In this document: positions 13,326 through 25,248 of the stretch, in pieces
Numbering within the stretch: the first letter of the stretch is position 1
Layout of the letters: each line of letters opens with the position of its first letter
Notes under the pieces: generated by a model
What the model saw: the letters and a program-made list of their open reading frames with translations, nothing else
Database searches by the model: none
Told to the model about the DNA's origin: nothing
Source of the DNA: Mobula hypostoma
Taxonomy: Eukaryota
DNA length: 64,000 bases
Assembly: GCF_963921235.1 (NCBI RefSeq)
Contig: NC_086114.1
Location: forward strand, 43,772,001-43,836,000
Direction: 5' to 3'
Program-made: the position numbers and the translations under genes

Positions 13326-13711
13326 GTTATGGGTGGCCATGGGAATTCCTGCATTTTGTAGCAGATAGAGTGAAAACCTCAGTAGGTCAGGCAGCATCTG
13401 TGGAGGAAAGTGTGTAGTTGATATTTCAGATCAAATTCCTTCAGATGGATGTTGACTGTCCATTTTCTTTGCCAGATGCTGCCCAACCCATTGACTTCCA
13501 GCACTTTGTAATGTTACTTCAGGTTCAACATAACATCCTGAAGTCCAACATTTTACAGTCCAGCACACCAACACACGCACATCAATGCATGCACATCAAC
13601 ACACGCACACCAACACATGCACACACCACACACACACAGTGGTTTACATATGGAACTCATTGCCAAAACTGGTAGAATCTGACACAATTATCATATTTAA
13701 GACACATTTAC

Positions 13712-15076
13712 ATCTCCCTTTGCTCAGTACATAATTGAAGAACCTCTCACAGCTATTACGGTCTTTTTGGATATGTCTCTATTGGCTTTATACAACATGA
13801 TGGAGCAAGATTGGTGCATTGCTCCTTGCAAAGTTGCTCAAGCTGTGACAGATTTGTTGGGGAGTAGTGGTGGACAATAGTCTTGAGGTCTTGCCAGAGA
13901 CATTTGATTGGGTTAAGATCAAGACTCAAGGAATCAATTTTTTTTCATTTGAAGCCACTCCATGTTTGCTTTGGCAGCGTGCCTTGTGTCATTGTCCTAC
14001 TGAAAGGTGAACTTCCCCCACAGTTTAAGCTTTCTGGCAGAGGCTAGCAAGTTCCAGGGTCCAGGATCTCTAAGTATTTAGTAACATTCATCGTCCCATC
14101 AATCCTGACCAGATTTCCAGTCCCTGCTGCTGAAAAGCATCCCCATATAATGATGTTACCTCCACCATACTTTACAGTAGGAATAGTCTTACCTGAATGA
14201 TGCACAGTATTGGCTTTATGCTACACGTACTGCTTAGTGTAGAAGCCAAAAAGTTCTACTTTACCTCATCCGACTACAGGACCTTCTTCAATATCTTTAC
14301 AGTATCTTCTCAGTAATGCTTTGCAAAGTATTTATGGGCAAGAATATGCTTTCTTTTTAAGCCAGGGCTTCCTCCTTACCACTCTTCTATAAATACCCTT
14401 TTGTGCAAGGCCTTAGAGAATATGGAGCCATGAGCTTCATCTCCAGTTGCAGCCACTGACTTCTGCAGTTCACTCAGAGTGATTGTTGGTGTCACAGTCT
14501 CCTCTCTTTCAAGTGCATTCTTCTCCAGTGACAAAGTTTAGAGAGGTGACCTGACCTAGTGTGACTGTAGTCTCATATTTTTTCCACTTTTTCACAATTG
14601 ACTGCACTGAACTACGAGGTACGTTCAGTATCTTTGAAGCAATCTTGTACACTTACCCAGGTATGTGCTTCTCTATTATCATTTTCCTGACTTGTTTTAA
14701 ATGTTCTTTTGTCTTCATTTTGGTTTGAAAAATTACCATACTATTGGACCTTACAGAGAGGGGGTATTTATCCAGGTGATTCTCCAAATTTCTACATCAA
14801 CAAATTGGGTGAATTGGTGCAGTAATATGCAGTATTGCACCTAAGGAAAGTTAGTGTTGTAATCACAAAGGAGATGAATACTTCTTCAGGCTCACAATTT
14901 TGGTTTTTAATTTTTAGAAAATTGTCATGTTTTGGAATTTTTCTTTTGATTTGATATAATGCTCAATGTTTTGTAGATGAGCTCAAAAATCCTACTTCAA
15001 TATATTTTAAATTTAGAAAATTAGACAGTAAAATGTGAAAATAGTTGTGAGGGTTGAATACTTTTTCAAGCACTTT
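13712..15076 (-). mobile_element. Decayed Tc1 (IR/DR type) transposon with transposase pseudogene
   Basis: Minus strand reads KVL*SDEVK and [34 protein letters not shown] (Tc1 DDE-domain motifs). DR-like motif tgaatactt at about 14875 and 15055. Contains stops and an internal deletion. Confidence 0.88.
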
Positions 15077-15934
15077 AGATAAAACCTTCTATAGGCAAGA
15101 TATACAACATAATGTTATCGACCTAATGGGAGCAAATGGGATTAGTGCAGATAAACATGGATGTGATGGGCCAGACCTTTGGTGTTGTATGGCAATTTCT
15201 CTTCTGTGACTGCTCCCCATAGCCTCACGTCTTTCAAACACCAAGACACAAGAGATCCTAAAGACGTTGGGAATTTTGGGCATCACACACAAAATAGGAG
15301 GAATTCAGCATCTGTGGTGGAGAATAAACAGCCAATGTTACAGGTGTCAAGTATGCATACCCACATTTTTCTTGTACAGCATCTGGAAAGGAACTTGAAC
15401 CCATAAACTCTGACCCAGAGAGGTAGGCATGGATAACAGGGAGTGGCAGGGTCAACATGTCAAGGCCGGATAAACTTGGTATCCCCTTTGTGTTTTCTGC
15501 TATGAGCTCTTTACTTTAACGTCCTGGCTGATTTATAGTGGGGCTTTTAGGGGGTATCATATGCCGTACCTTAGAACTGTGCCAATTATACTTGCAATTC
15601 CCACACACGGGCCTGTAACTGGATGTTCAGCCTAAATTTTTCATGTGTCTAAAGTACATGAGCAACGGAGTGCTATTGCTTTGAAGGAGAGAGAGCTTAT
15701 TATTTATAAATTGCTGTCAATGGTCTCTAAGACCACACAGCCCTCAGTGCTGCTTGCAAGTGTGGACCTGGTATCAGTAATGCTACTTCAGAAAATCAGA
15801 TTGTCAAAAGTGCCTTAAGAATTAAAATGCAGTTGGTGGAATTTTCTCTTTTGAAAAGATTAATCAGCAGGCACATCACTAACCTTTCACCCTGAGGACT
15901 GCTCCACATCTAATCCTGACTGAAGGAATGAAAG

Positions 15935-16559
15935 TCTCTTTCTCTCTATCACTTTGTTTTTCTCTGTGCCATGCACTGTTCCTGTTTAAATATCACTGTC
16001 TCTTTTTTTACTGTACTTGCCTTCTCTGTCTGGCATTTTCTCCCTTTCACTATATCTGCAATACTATCTCCCTCTCTCTCATTCAATATTTCTTTACTTT
16101 TTTATTATGCTGTTTCACCCTGTCATACTCTTTTTGTCTGTGACGTGCTCTCTCCATCACCGTATCATGCTTTCTCCTCATGTCATCTCCTCTCACTCTT
16201 TGTTTTTGTATGATGCTCTCATGTTTCATCACTTTCTCTCTATCCATACTGCTGTCTCCAAAATTATCATGCTCTCTTTCTGTCTCTCATGTTATCTCTC
16301 TCTCTCTTTGCATCTGATATGCTCTCTCCCTACCTACCCCCTCCCCTGCATTGCTTTGTCATGCACTCTCTCTCACTCTTAGACCCTCTCTGTCCCTGTA
16401 TTTCCCTTTGCTGTGTTCTGGCATGCAATTTGAATTCTTCATCAGGCACCCTGTCTGTCCGTGGTGTGTGTTTGTCTCTCTCTCTCTCTCTCTTTTTCTA
16501 CGTTTGGTACTTTTCCTCATTCCTTCTCCCTTGCACCTTCCTCCTTTCCCCTTTGTATT

Positions 16560-16599
<40 letters not shown>

Positions 16600-16710
16600 A
16601 CAATCTCCCCCCCCACAACACACACACATACACACACTCATGCATTTTCTCTCTCCTCTCTCTCTATCTATCTATCTTTATTTCTCTCCTTTCCTGACAC
16701 TCTCCACAGA
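15935..16710. repeat. CT-rich low-complexity tract with (TC)n and (CA)n microsatellites
   Basis: Extreme pyrimidine bias on the + strand; this explains the cluster of S/L-rich ORFs. Confidence 0.9.
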
Positions 16711-18234
16711 CTCCAGGGGAAATAACTTCAGACAGCCTTGACCTGCTTCCTAATGGGCATGAGTCCATGGTGCACAGCTGTGTATAATTTGGCACTAATT
16801 GGCACTTAATTGGCAATCTCTCTCCGTGAGGCCTCAAGGATGGCTGGTGCGTGAAATGGAAATGTCACTCTCTTGCAGTGGGGGTGCTTTTCTGAGCTTC
16901 TGAAGCCCATAAATATCCGAATTCAGCTGGCAAGGGCTGCCGTTGCATCAAGAAGGAGGATGCTTGTGTGGGTGGACGGGGATGAGTGAGATTAATGTGA
17001 GGTCCAGCTGCTAGAGCTTGGAATGTCCTTTGTTCCATCACAACTTGTTTCCTAAATTGCCATATGGCTGGGTGTCCCACTGTCACCTTATCTGGTACTT
17101 CTTATAGGCTTTGAAACATTCATGTTTTGGCTTGGTTTTATAACTCGGGTTTATCCAGGTTATATATTGCAAACATGTGCAAGCAATTTGACTGTAGACT
17201 TGGAATTGATCTGGGATCATTTCTGGAGAGTTGCTGATTCTCTCTCCTCCATCCCCTTTCCACTCTCAAGCCTTGGTTACGAGATATCCTGGCCACCTTC
17301 TGTACCCAGCCAGGGAGATGCTTGTCCAATATCATTTCTGGAAAGCATCGATAGACTTTTAGGAAGATTTACAGCACATTATAGACAGTGAAAGAGATAT
17401 AATTATCAATGTTTCCCTCAGCAAGATCCCATCAATTGCAATGGAATGATGTGCATATGATTTAGTTACCAACATTAAACCAGGAGCTCTTTAACTTTTC
17501 TTCCCAACATTGCCAAGCAATCAGTCAATCCCATCCAAGAGGGCCAATGCGGGCTTGGTGTAACAACAAACTACAGTTGTAACAGTGTAGAACATCCTCA
17601 GCACTCACACAGTTGAAGTCAGGAGATTTAGAATGAAAGCATTACTATGCGGGTACTTATCCAATATAGCATCTAGGGTGTCCTGCTAATATTGCAAAAC
17701 TGTGCAAGGCTGAAATTTAAATTATTTTCCGTCTCATATGCATTTTCTTTGTGGTAATGTTTTGTTTTGCTTACCAGTTGACACAACAATATTTTTCTTC
17801 ACTTTGGGATAAATATTAAACTGGTGCAGCCATGCATAAGGGATTATCCAACATTATTAATGAAGAACATGGAGTGGGAGTAGGATGGACCAACAGGGAG
17901 GATTATACCTCCCCAGTCTGATGTTGCGCTTCTCGTTATGTCTACACACATTTTCCAGCAGAGGTCACTGGCTACCAGCACAGAGCAGGAACCCAGGTAG
18001 ATTGCATTTGCAAACACACCCATCCCCTACAATTAGTCCCATCCCCAATTATAGATCAATCCTACGCATGTTCTAACTCTGACCTGCATCATGACACACT
18101 TAACTTTGCCAGTGAATGAGCTGCAGGGCCCACAAGTTGAAGTCAACTGTACTTTTTCTCCTCCCTACTTCTTACAAGCTCTTTGATTCTGATTGTGATT
18201 ATGATTAAGAAGATTTGGTACGTCATTAAAGACT

Positions 18235-18700
18235 GTAGCACATTTCTATAGATGTAAGGTAGAGAGCATTCTGATTGGTTGTATCATGGCTTGGTAAAGA
18301 GCCTCCAATTCACAAGATTGCAAGAGTTTGGAGAGTATTGTAGACTCAACTAGTTCCATCATGGGCATTGTCTATCAAGGATATTTTCAAGAGGTAGTGC
18401 CTCAAGAAGGTGACATCAATCATTAACTACCCTGACCATTCAAGACGCGCCCTCTTCTCATTACTACCAGCAGGACCCTTTAGACCCACACTCAATGTTC
18501 TTAGAAATAGCTTCTTCCCCTCTACCATCAGATCTCTGAATGGCCCATGAACCTATGAAAACTAAGTCACTATTCTACTTTTACACTATTTATTTATTTA
18601 CTATAACTTAGAGTAATTTTACTGCCTTGTACTGTACAGTTGCCACAAAATTCACAACATGTAGCAGTGATAATAAACCTAATTCTGATTCTGGTACTGA
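18235..18700 (+). mobile_element. Rex1/Babar LINE 3' fragment
   Basis: catttctatagatgtaaggtagagagcattctgattggttgtatc (FYRCKVESILIGCI), ending aataaacctaattctgattct. Confidence 0.75.
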
Positions 18701-19614
18701 TTCTTTCACTAGGCATTGGAAAAATCATGGGTAAAATAGCCAGGTGGCCTCCTTCAGTGCTTTTAGATTCTACATTTCTACACGTCTCAGTTGCTTCATC
18801 ACTATTCTGCTCAGTGACATGGCTAGAAGAGAGTCACCGCTCCGCACCTCAGCTGATCTGGATTCGACCCCAGCCGATGATCCTGTTTGTATGGACTTTG
18901 TTGGTAGCATATTAGTCTACGTCAAGCACTCCAGTTTCTGCCCGTGCCTCAGGGATGCATTTTGGAAGATAAATCAGCTGCTGCAAATTATCCCTAATCT
19001 ATTTGTAAATTGTTTTCCTTGAAAGAGAATGATGGGAATGTGGGGAGAATGGGTTAAAACAAAACTTATTGGGGAATGGGATTGATCAGTAAACTGGCCA
19101 GATATTGAGGATATCTTCATTCTACCATCAGCTGCTCTTCAGATCCTACACACAGATGGTTACATCTGAGTGGTGTCTCTTATTTTCAAGATTCATTTTT
19201 GCCTGTCGAAGATGCTGAGGGTTCCATTCGAGACCTTGGGGACCTTGCACCAGTAGACCTTCTCAGGTTCGGTCTTAGTTCCTAAGGATCTGTACACCGT
19301 AGTTTCACTCCAAGGCTGAGGAAAATGGACTGATAGTGTATGGCGCGAATGAGAGAAAGAGCAGCAATCATACTAACATTCTGAGAGCCATTAAATAAAA
19401 GTTTATTTCCTCGGGTTGCAGAATGTAGAACCAGACAGACTGTCATGATGAAGTTTTGATTATTTCAAACTGAGATCTGTTACCTTACTCTGAGGCCTTT
19501 GGAATTCTCTGTCTCCAAGGACAGTAGATACTCATAAATTGTATATATTTCACACTAAAATCAAAGGGATCACAGATACTCTGAGGCAGGGGATAGGAAA
19601 GTGGAGTTAAAGCA

Positions 19615-19905
19615 TGGGTGACACAGTAGGGCAATTGCCTTACAACAGCAGAAGCTCAGGTTCAATCTCAACCTCCAGTGCTGTCCGTGTGAGTTTGTAC
19701 ATTCTCCTTGTGACCATGTGGGTTTCCTCTAGGTGTTCCACTTTCTTCCCACATCCCAAAGACGTGTAGATGAGTAAATTAATTGGCCACTGCAGATGAT
19801 CCCTGATGTGTAGGTATGCATGAAATCTGAGGAAAATCAATGAGAATAGAAAAGTGGGATAAATGTAAGATTATTGTAAATGGAAGGCTAATAGTCAGAA
19901 TGAAC
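19615..19905 (+). mobile_element. tRNA-derived HE1/V-SINE-like element
   Basis: B-box ggttcaatc and V-core gagtttgtacattctccttgtgaccatgtgggtttcctc...cccacatcccaaagac. Confidence 0.75.
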
Positions 19906-20126
19906 CTGGCTGGCACTAAGACTATACTCCGTTATAAGGCGGGCCCATGTTGATTCCAAGAGAAACATAACACTGAAATAAAACCTGAAAATGCTGAAAA
20001 TACTCAGGATCAGAATTAGAATCAGAATCACATTTATTATCACCAACAAATGTCAAAAAAATTGTTGTTTTGTGGCAGCAGGACAGTGAACTATGTAAAA
20101 TATACTGTAAGTTACATTATGAAATA

Positions 20127-20661
20127 TACACTTAGTGATCACCTTTAGGTACACCAGCACACCTGCTCATTGATGCAAATATCTAATCAGCCAGTCGTGT
20201 GTAGTAAGTCAGTACATAAAAGCATGCAGATATAGTCAAGAGGTTGTCGACCAGACCAAACATCAGAACGGGAAAGAAGTGTGATCTGAGTGACTTTGAC
20301 TGTCAAAAAGATTGTTGGTGCCAGGTGGGATGGTTTGGGTATCTGAGAAGCTGCTGATCTGCTGGGATCATCACACACAACAGTCTCTAAAGCTTACAAA
20401 GAATGGTGTGATAGACGAAACAAAACATACAGTGTTCAGCAGTTCTGTGGGTGAAGATACCCTGTTAATGAGAGAGGTCAGAGGAAAATGGCTAGACTGG
20501 TTCACGCTGACATGAAGATGATAGTGACTCAAATAACTACGTGTGACAACAGTGGAATGCAGGTGGGCATCCCTGAATGCACAACTTATCGGGCCTTGAA
20601 GTGATGGGCTACAGCAGCAGAAGACGATGAATGTACACTCAGTGGTGACTTTATTAGGTAC
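20127..20661 (+). mobile_element. Tc1 derivative, same family
   Basis: Colinear with the 2642 and 11588 copies (tgtgatctgagtgactttgac...gggctacagcagcagaagac). Confidence 0.85.
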
Positions 20662-22161
20662 TTCATGGGGAAGAAGCCATTCCTAAAACATTGAGTGATT
20701 ATCTTTGGGCTCCTATACATCCTTTCTGATAGCAGTAATGAGCAGAGGGCATGTCCTTAGTGATGGGAATTGTTTAATGAGAAATGCCATCTTTTTCAGT
20801 CATTGTCTTTTGAAGATGTTTCAGCAGGTTGGGCATTATTCATTGAAAGAAAAAACAAGAGTTGGCAACGAATATCTGAAATGGAGCTGTTTCACTCTCC
20901 GCATGTGCTGCTTGACCTGCTGAGTATTCCCAGTATTTTTAGGCAATTTCAGTTTTATTTTGATTTTCTTCAAAATGTGTAGATGTGAAGTGGGTGCTGG
21001 AGTGGAAAGGTCAAAAATAGGTGCTTTTTGTGAAGTATTGGAAGGGAGAAACAACAGAAATGGCATGAAGTCATTTGTACTAGCTGCCATATGAGGTGGT
21101 TACTCTGTGTAGATTCAAGAATCCTGCAATGAGGTTTGAAAAGAACAAGCAAAGTTATTGCTGGTATCCACATGTATAATCTCAACATTTATGCTTCTAC
21201 TTTTAATTTATCCTAAAGCCTTAACAAACTTAAAAAACCTTGACAGATTGATGGTGGAAATAAGAAAGTGATAGAGAAGGAAAAATGAAATTGAATTAAA
21301 TCTAGTGATGGTAGTTATTTTCCCCAGTTACTGTTGTGTTCCTTTAGGTAGACGATCGCAATGGAATGGATGTGAATGTTTGCACCATCCTTTGACACTT
21401 TAAGCAAGTTCATCAGAACAGTGTACAAATAATCTGTAAATTACTACTGATGGAATGCACTGTATCTGGGTGCCATCAAAGCTTATACTACACAAAAAGG
21501 CTTTTTGGTGCATTTTTACCTAAAACTAAAACAAGAAGTCTGCATGCCTTGCTCTGTTGACAATGCGGTAGAACTTTATCTGACTGCTTTAATAAAGAGA
21601 AGTTCATGAGTCCAGATGGGAATGTGCTTTGCTGCAAGGTCAGTCTCAGAACTAAGAACAATCCCATCGTCCAATTGACTTTTCCTTGGATGCAGTTACT
21701 TCACCCTAACCAAGTTCACTGTTTGGAAGCATCTACACAGAGCTTGTTATGATGTTCAACTCCTAGTAAGGACTCATTTATTCGGCAGTGTTTGCTTTAT
21801 AACCGAATGAAGCCTCTTCTTCCATTAAAAGGAGTCCACTGTATTTTCTTATTACATCAAGCTTGATTTGTGATGTTAGAAATGACAAAAGACATTCTGC
21901 CTTTGTTGTTAACAAGCAAAAGCATTCCCCTCATTTAAAAATGATAAAACCTTCTTCAGCAGTTGTGGATTATGGATAACTTGCCTCATTATATTTTATT
22001 ACCAAATGTGTGTCACTCCCCACTCCTCCCTGACAGTGTCTCTATCAGTTTCTCTCTGTCATTATCACTCTCCATCTCTCTGTCCTGCACTCTCTCTGAT
22101 CTACTGTGCATGTTCTCCCAGCTATTCCCTCCAATTCTGTCCCATTCTATTCTCTCTCTCT

Positions 22162-22305
22162 NNNNNNNNNNNNNNNNNNNNNNNNNNNNNNNNNNNNNNN
22201 NNNNNNNNNNNNNNNNNNNNNNNNNNNNNNNNNNNNNNNNNNNNNNNNNNNNNNNNNNNNNNNNNNNNNNNNNNNNNNNNNNNNNNNNNNNNNNNNNNNN
22301 NNNNN
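22162..22305. other. Assembly gap (144 N) within a (TC)n low-complexity tract
   Basis: N run preceded by tctctctctc. Confidence 0.99.
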
Positions 22306-22528
22306 CCATCTGTCTATCTCTTTACCGGTCTCTGTCTTCTGACAGGTATCCTCAATTGCTGAACAGTCTAGTGTAGACTCTATATCTGGCCAAGGATGGA
22401 GGATAGTTTGCCTGGGCAGAGAGTAGCAATAGGAGTATTTCAAACAAGATGAAAACTTGTCAGTCAATACTTGAAGGGTGGCAAAAAGATCCAGCAAATA
22501 TTGGGTTAAGGAAAAGCTGGCTTGCTCC

Positions 22529-22530
22529 TG

Positions 22531-22606
<76 letters not shown>
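22529..22606. repeat. (TG)n microsatellite
   Basis: Near-perfect TG dinucleotide run with one short interruption. Confidence 0.95.
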
Positions 22607-22608
<2 letters not shown>

Positions 22609-22659
22609 GTTTAATCTCCCTCTTTTCCCCACCACAGATTGAATTGAAGGGGTGTGTGT

Positions 22660-22869
22660 GTGTGTGGCGGGGCAGGGTTAACGTGGCTTTGAGGCTGTGT
22701 GTAGATCCGGCAACATTTACTCAGCACCAAGCAGGCAACCCTGACGTCAGGACTTACAGACTCCTAGTTAAAGAGGGCTGACGTGGGCGACCAGAGAGAG
22801 AGAGAGAGAGAGAGAGTGAGGGAGAGAGAGATAGACACACACAGACAGAGACAGCGACAGCGCTTGAAC
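22660..22869 (+). promoter_or_regulatory. Probable CELF6 proximal promoter/5'UTR with full CRE, half CRE and GC box
   Basis: TGACGTCA at 22742-22749 inside palindrome CCTGACGTCAGG. TGACG half-site at 22779-22783. GGCGGGGC near 22666. CpGs are retained. The TSS cannot be determined from sequence. Confidence 0.6.
22793..22860. repeat. (GA)n/(CA)n compound microsatellite just upstream of the ATG
   Basis: agagagag...gacacacacagacagagacag read directly. Confidence 0.9.
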
Positions 22870-23110
22870 ATGGCCACTGTAAGCAACGGAGTACAGCTAG
22901 ACACCAACAACAGTGGCGGCAGCGGGCGAATGAACGGCTTAAGCCACAGTCAGAACACCATCCCAATGAAAGATCACGACGCCATCAAACTCTTCATCGG
23001 CCAGATCCCACGTAACCTGGAAGAGAAGGACCTAAAACCGTTGTTCGAGGAATTTGGCAAGATCTACGAACTGACTGTGCTGAAGGACCGTTTCACTGGT
23101 ATGCACAAAG
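22870..23110 (+). CDS. CELF6: CELF (CUGBP Elav-like/Bruno-like) family RNA-binding protein, coding exon 1 (N-terminus and most of RRM1); most likely CELF6
   Basis: ATG at 22870 (aacATGg, good Kozak context) translates [81 protein letters not shown]. It ends at AAAG|GT (phase 1), the conserved CELF3-6 intron position. [11 protein letters not shown] limits it to CELF4 or CELF6. Absence of the CELF4 MYIK start and CARDS in exon 2 favour CELF6. Confidence 0.9.
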
Positions 23111-25165
23111 GTCTGTGACTCTCAGGTTTAATCCTTTGAGTGTGGATGGTGATAGCAAACCAGCCGGAGCATTGTGTGTGTGCGTGTATGTATATATGCA
23201 GGCAAAGGGTGGATGTTTATGATTTCCTCTTATCCTTTCCATCCCTGAGGCAAATCAACCAGTCGGTTTTTCTGTTTGCTGGACGTCCCCTTCCCCTTTT
23301 CCTCTTCGACCCGTTACTTCCACCGACCCGTCATTAAAGTTTCCTGAATTTCCAGTTGTGTCTTCACTCCCAGCAGCTCGACGGCGGACTCCCTCCCCAT
23401 CTCAAACAGTTGTGCAGCTGATGGGGAAGGGGTTTGCTGTGTTTCTATCTGAGAAACCACGGTCCCTCCAAAAACACAATTTTAGAAACTGACCAACCTA
23501 ATCATTTAAAGTTCATCATTTTTTTTTTCACGTGGATTTGGCGCTTTATTTTTTCTCACCTGATTTTTTGCAATAAATTTAAATCTGTAAACTAAATCAG
23601 TAAAATAAATCAGATTCTCTATTTAAAAGTGAAGTATGGGGTTAGTTCACCAGGTTACATTAATGTCCCGAATTAAAAGTACATTAGTGTCAATTTCAGT
23701 CATTAACCGTGATAAAGTTTCCTGAAATTTACCAACTACAAAATAAATGATTCCCACTAATGCTTCTGATTAACTGCCGCGATTGACGCTACGCTCCAGT
23801 CAGTCTGAGTGCACTTTTGATGTCCGATCAAAAGTAGTTTTAATATTTTTTTAAACTTTACATTTTGTTAAGCTAGCTGAAGCAAGATAATACATTCCGA
23901 TTTGATCCGTGTGTGTTGCTTGTTAAGGATGTGAACTGATTAATCGCGATTTAGCATTGATGAGGTAAATTAGATTGCACCCTCTCCGCAGGTAAATAGC
24001 ATTCCCCACCAACCTTTTATACATTTCTTAAACTTTGAAATTTTTGGCTTTTTTCCTCCTCTTCCTAATGATTCTTCATAAACATGAGTTATTTATCGAG
24101 AGTTGACGATAGGTTGCACTGCATGATAGTTACTGACCACAAAATATGGTCAAATAGTGTAATAATTTACATGCATTGGTTGACCTTAGCGCACAATATC
24201 GCCAGTATTAATGGAAATATGTTTCACTCATTACATTGATAAAGCCATTCATACATTGGCTTTTAGAGTGTATCTAAACGTGGCTGTCAATAACTTTATT
24301 TTGAACAGTAAGCAACGGACATTAACGTGCATATATTTATAGTTAAATCTCATTGACAAATAATTGCTTTGTTGTTGATCTGCATGCGCTTGAAGGGGAT
24401 GTGTTGTTGGATTTTCAACACATATAATAAGCAGCCAACCTATTCACATCTGTTGGAAAACTATGATAATAAGATATGATTGTGCCAATAGTTTTACTTC
24501 TAGTTTCAGTGAGTCCTCCATGAATTAACTGCGTGAAGTGTCTGCATATTATTTTCTGCGCTGTTATCAGCAAGTGAGAGCTTGTTACATCTGTCTTTGC
24601 AGGAGACCTTTCACTCAAAGCTCGTTGGCATTAATTGTCGCTCGAATATGCTGGTTTTTAGACTAGGATTGCTGCTTCCGCAGTAGGTAATGCAATGATA
24701 TTAAGGAGTTCACGCCAAGTTAATGTATTGGGAGTAGGAAGATCCTACCACAAATTAGGTCTGTATTTAGGAAGACGTCGTCCTTTGCAACTTGAAGCAT
24801 CGTCATGGCAAATGTTCTTTTGTGAGATTGACAGTAGGCAGCTAGACTGCTTAGGCTTAAAAGTTTCAATTAATTAGTTAGTCGAATAGGTCAGAACTGA
24901 AAACTGCCTGTAACTGAACCTGCTTCATGAGCAGATTTATTTCTGCACTTTGCTTTAAGTGCCTTGGTGACTGAGCCGGAATTTAATTTGGACTGGACGA
25001 GCTATTGTTGTTGGGGAGGATAGATAAAATTCGTTGTCCGGGTAAAGCAGACGCTTAATGAACACGAACAGCGAGGCAAATTTTCACAGCCTTATCTCCG
25101 GCTCTTAACGCAATGAATGCACTGGCGTCTATAGTAGAGAATAACTTGCTCCTTTTCCAACGTAG

Positions 25166-25248
25166 GTTGTGCCTTCCTCACGTATTGTGCCAGGGACTCG
25201 GCGCTTAAAGCTCAGAGTGCATTACACGAACAGAAGACATTGCCAGGG
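25166..25248 (+). CDS. CELF6: CELF6 coding exon 2 (83 nt, RRM1 RNP1 region)
   Basis: Acceptor ttgctccttttccaacgtag| and donor GGG|gtaagt. In frame with exon 1 it reads (G)[27 protein letters not shown]. From recall, CELF4 has CERES here and CELF5 has SAIKAQTA. Not in the ORF track. Confidence 0.93.

Noticed and set aside
15928-16741. Cluster of overlapping 70-150 aa ORFs
   Set aside because: CT-rich low-complexity sequence lacks stop codons, and there is no domain signal.
1-22100. Exons of an upstream neighbour gene (e.g. HEXA)
   Set aside because: I found no recognisable coding exon by eye, although short exons cannot be excluded.
21963-22781. ORFs spanning the N gap and the TG repeat
   Set aside because: Artefacts of Ns and microsatellite.
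22783-22869. N-terminal extension [11 protein letters not shown]... in the ORF track
   Set aside because: It starts at GTG and translates a GA microsatellite. The ATG at 22870 has Kozak context and matches the family N-terminus.
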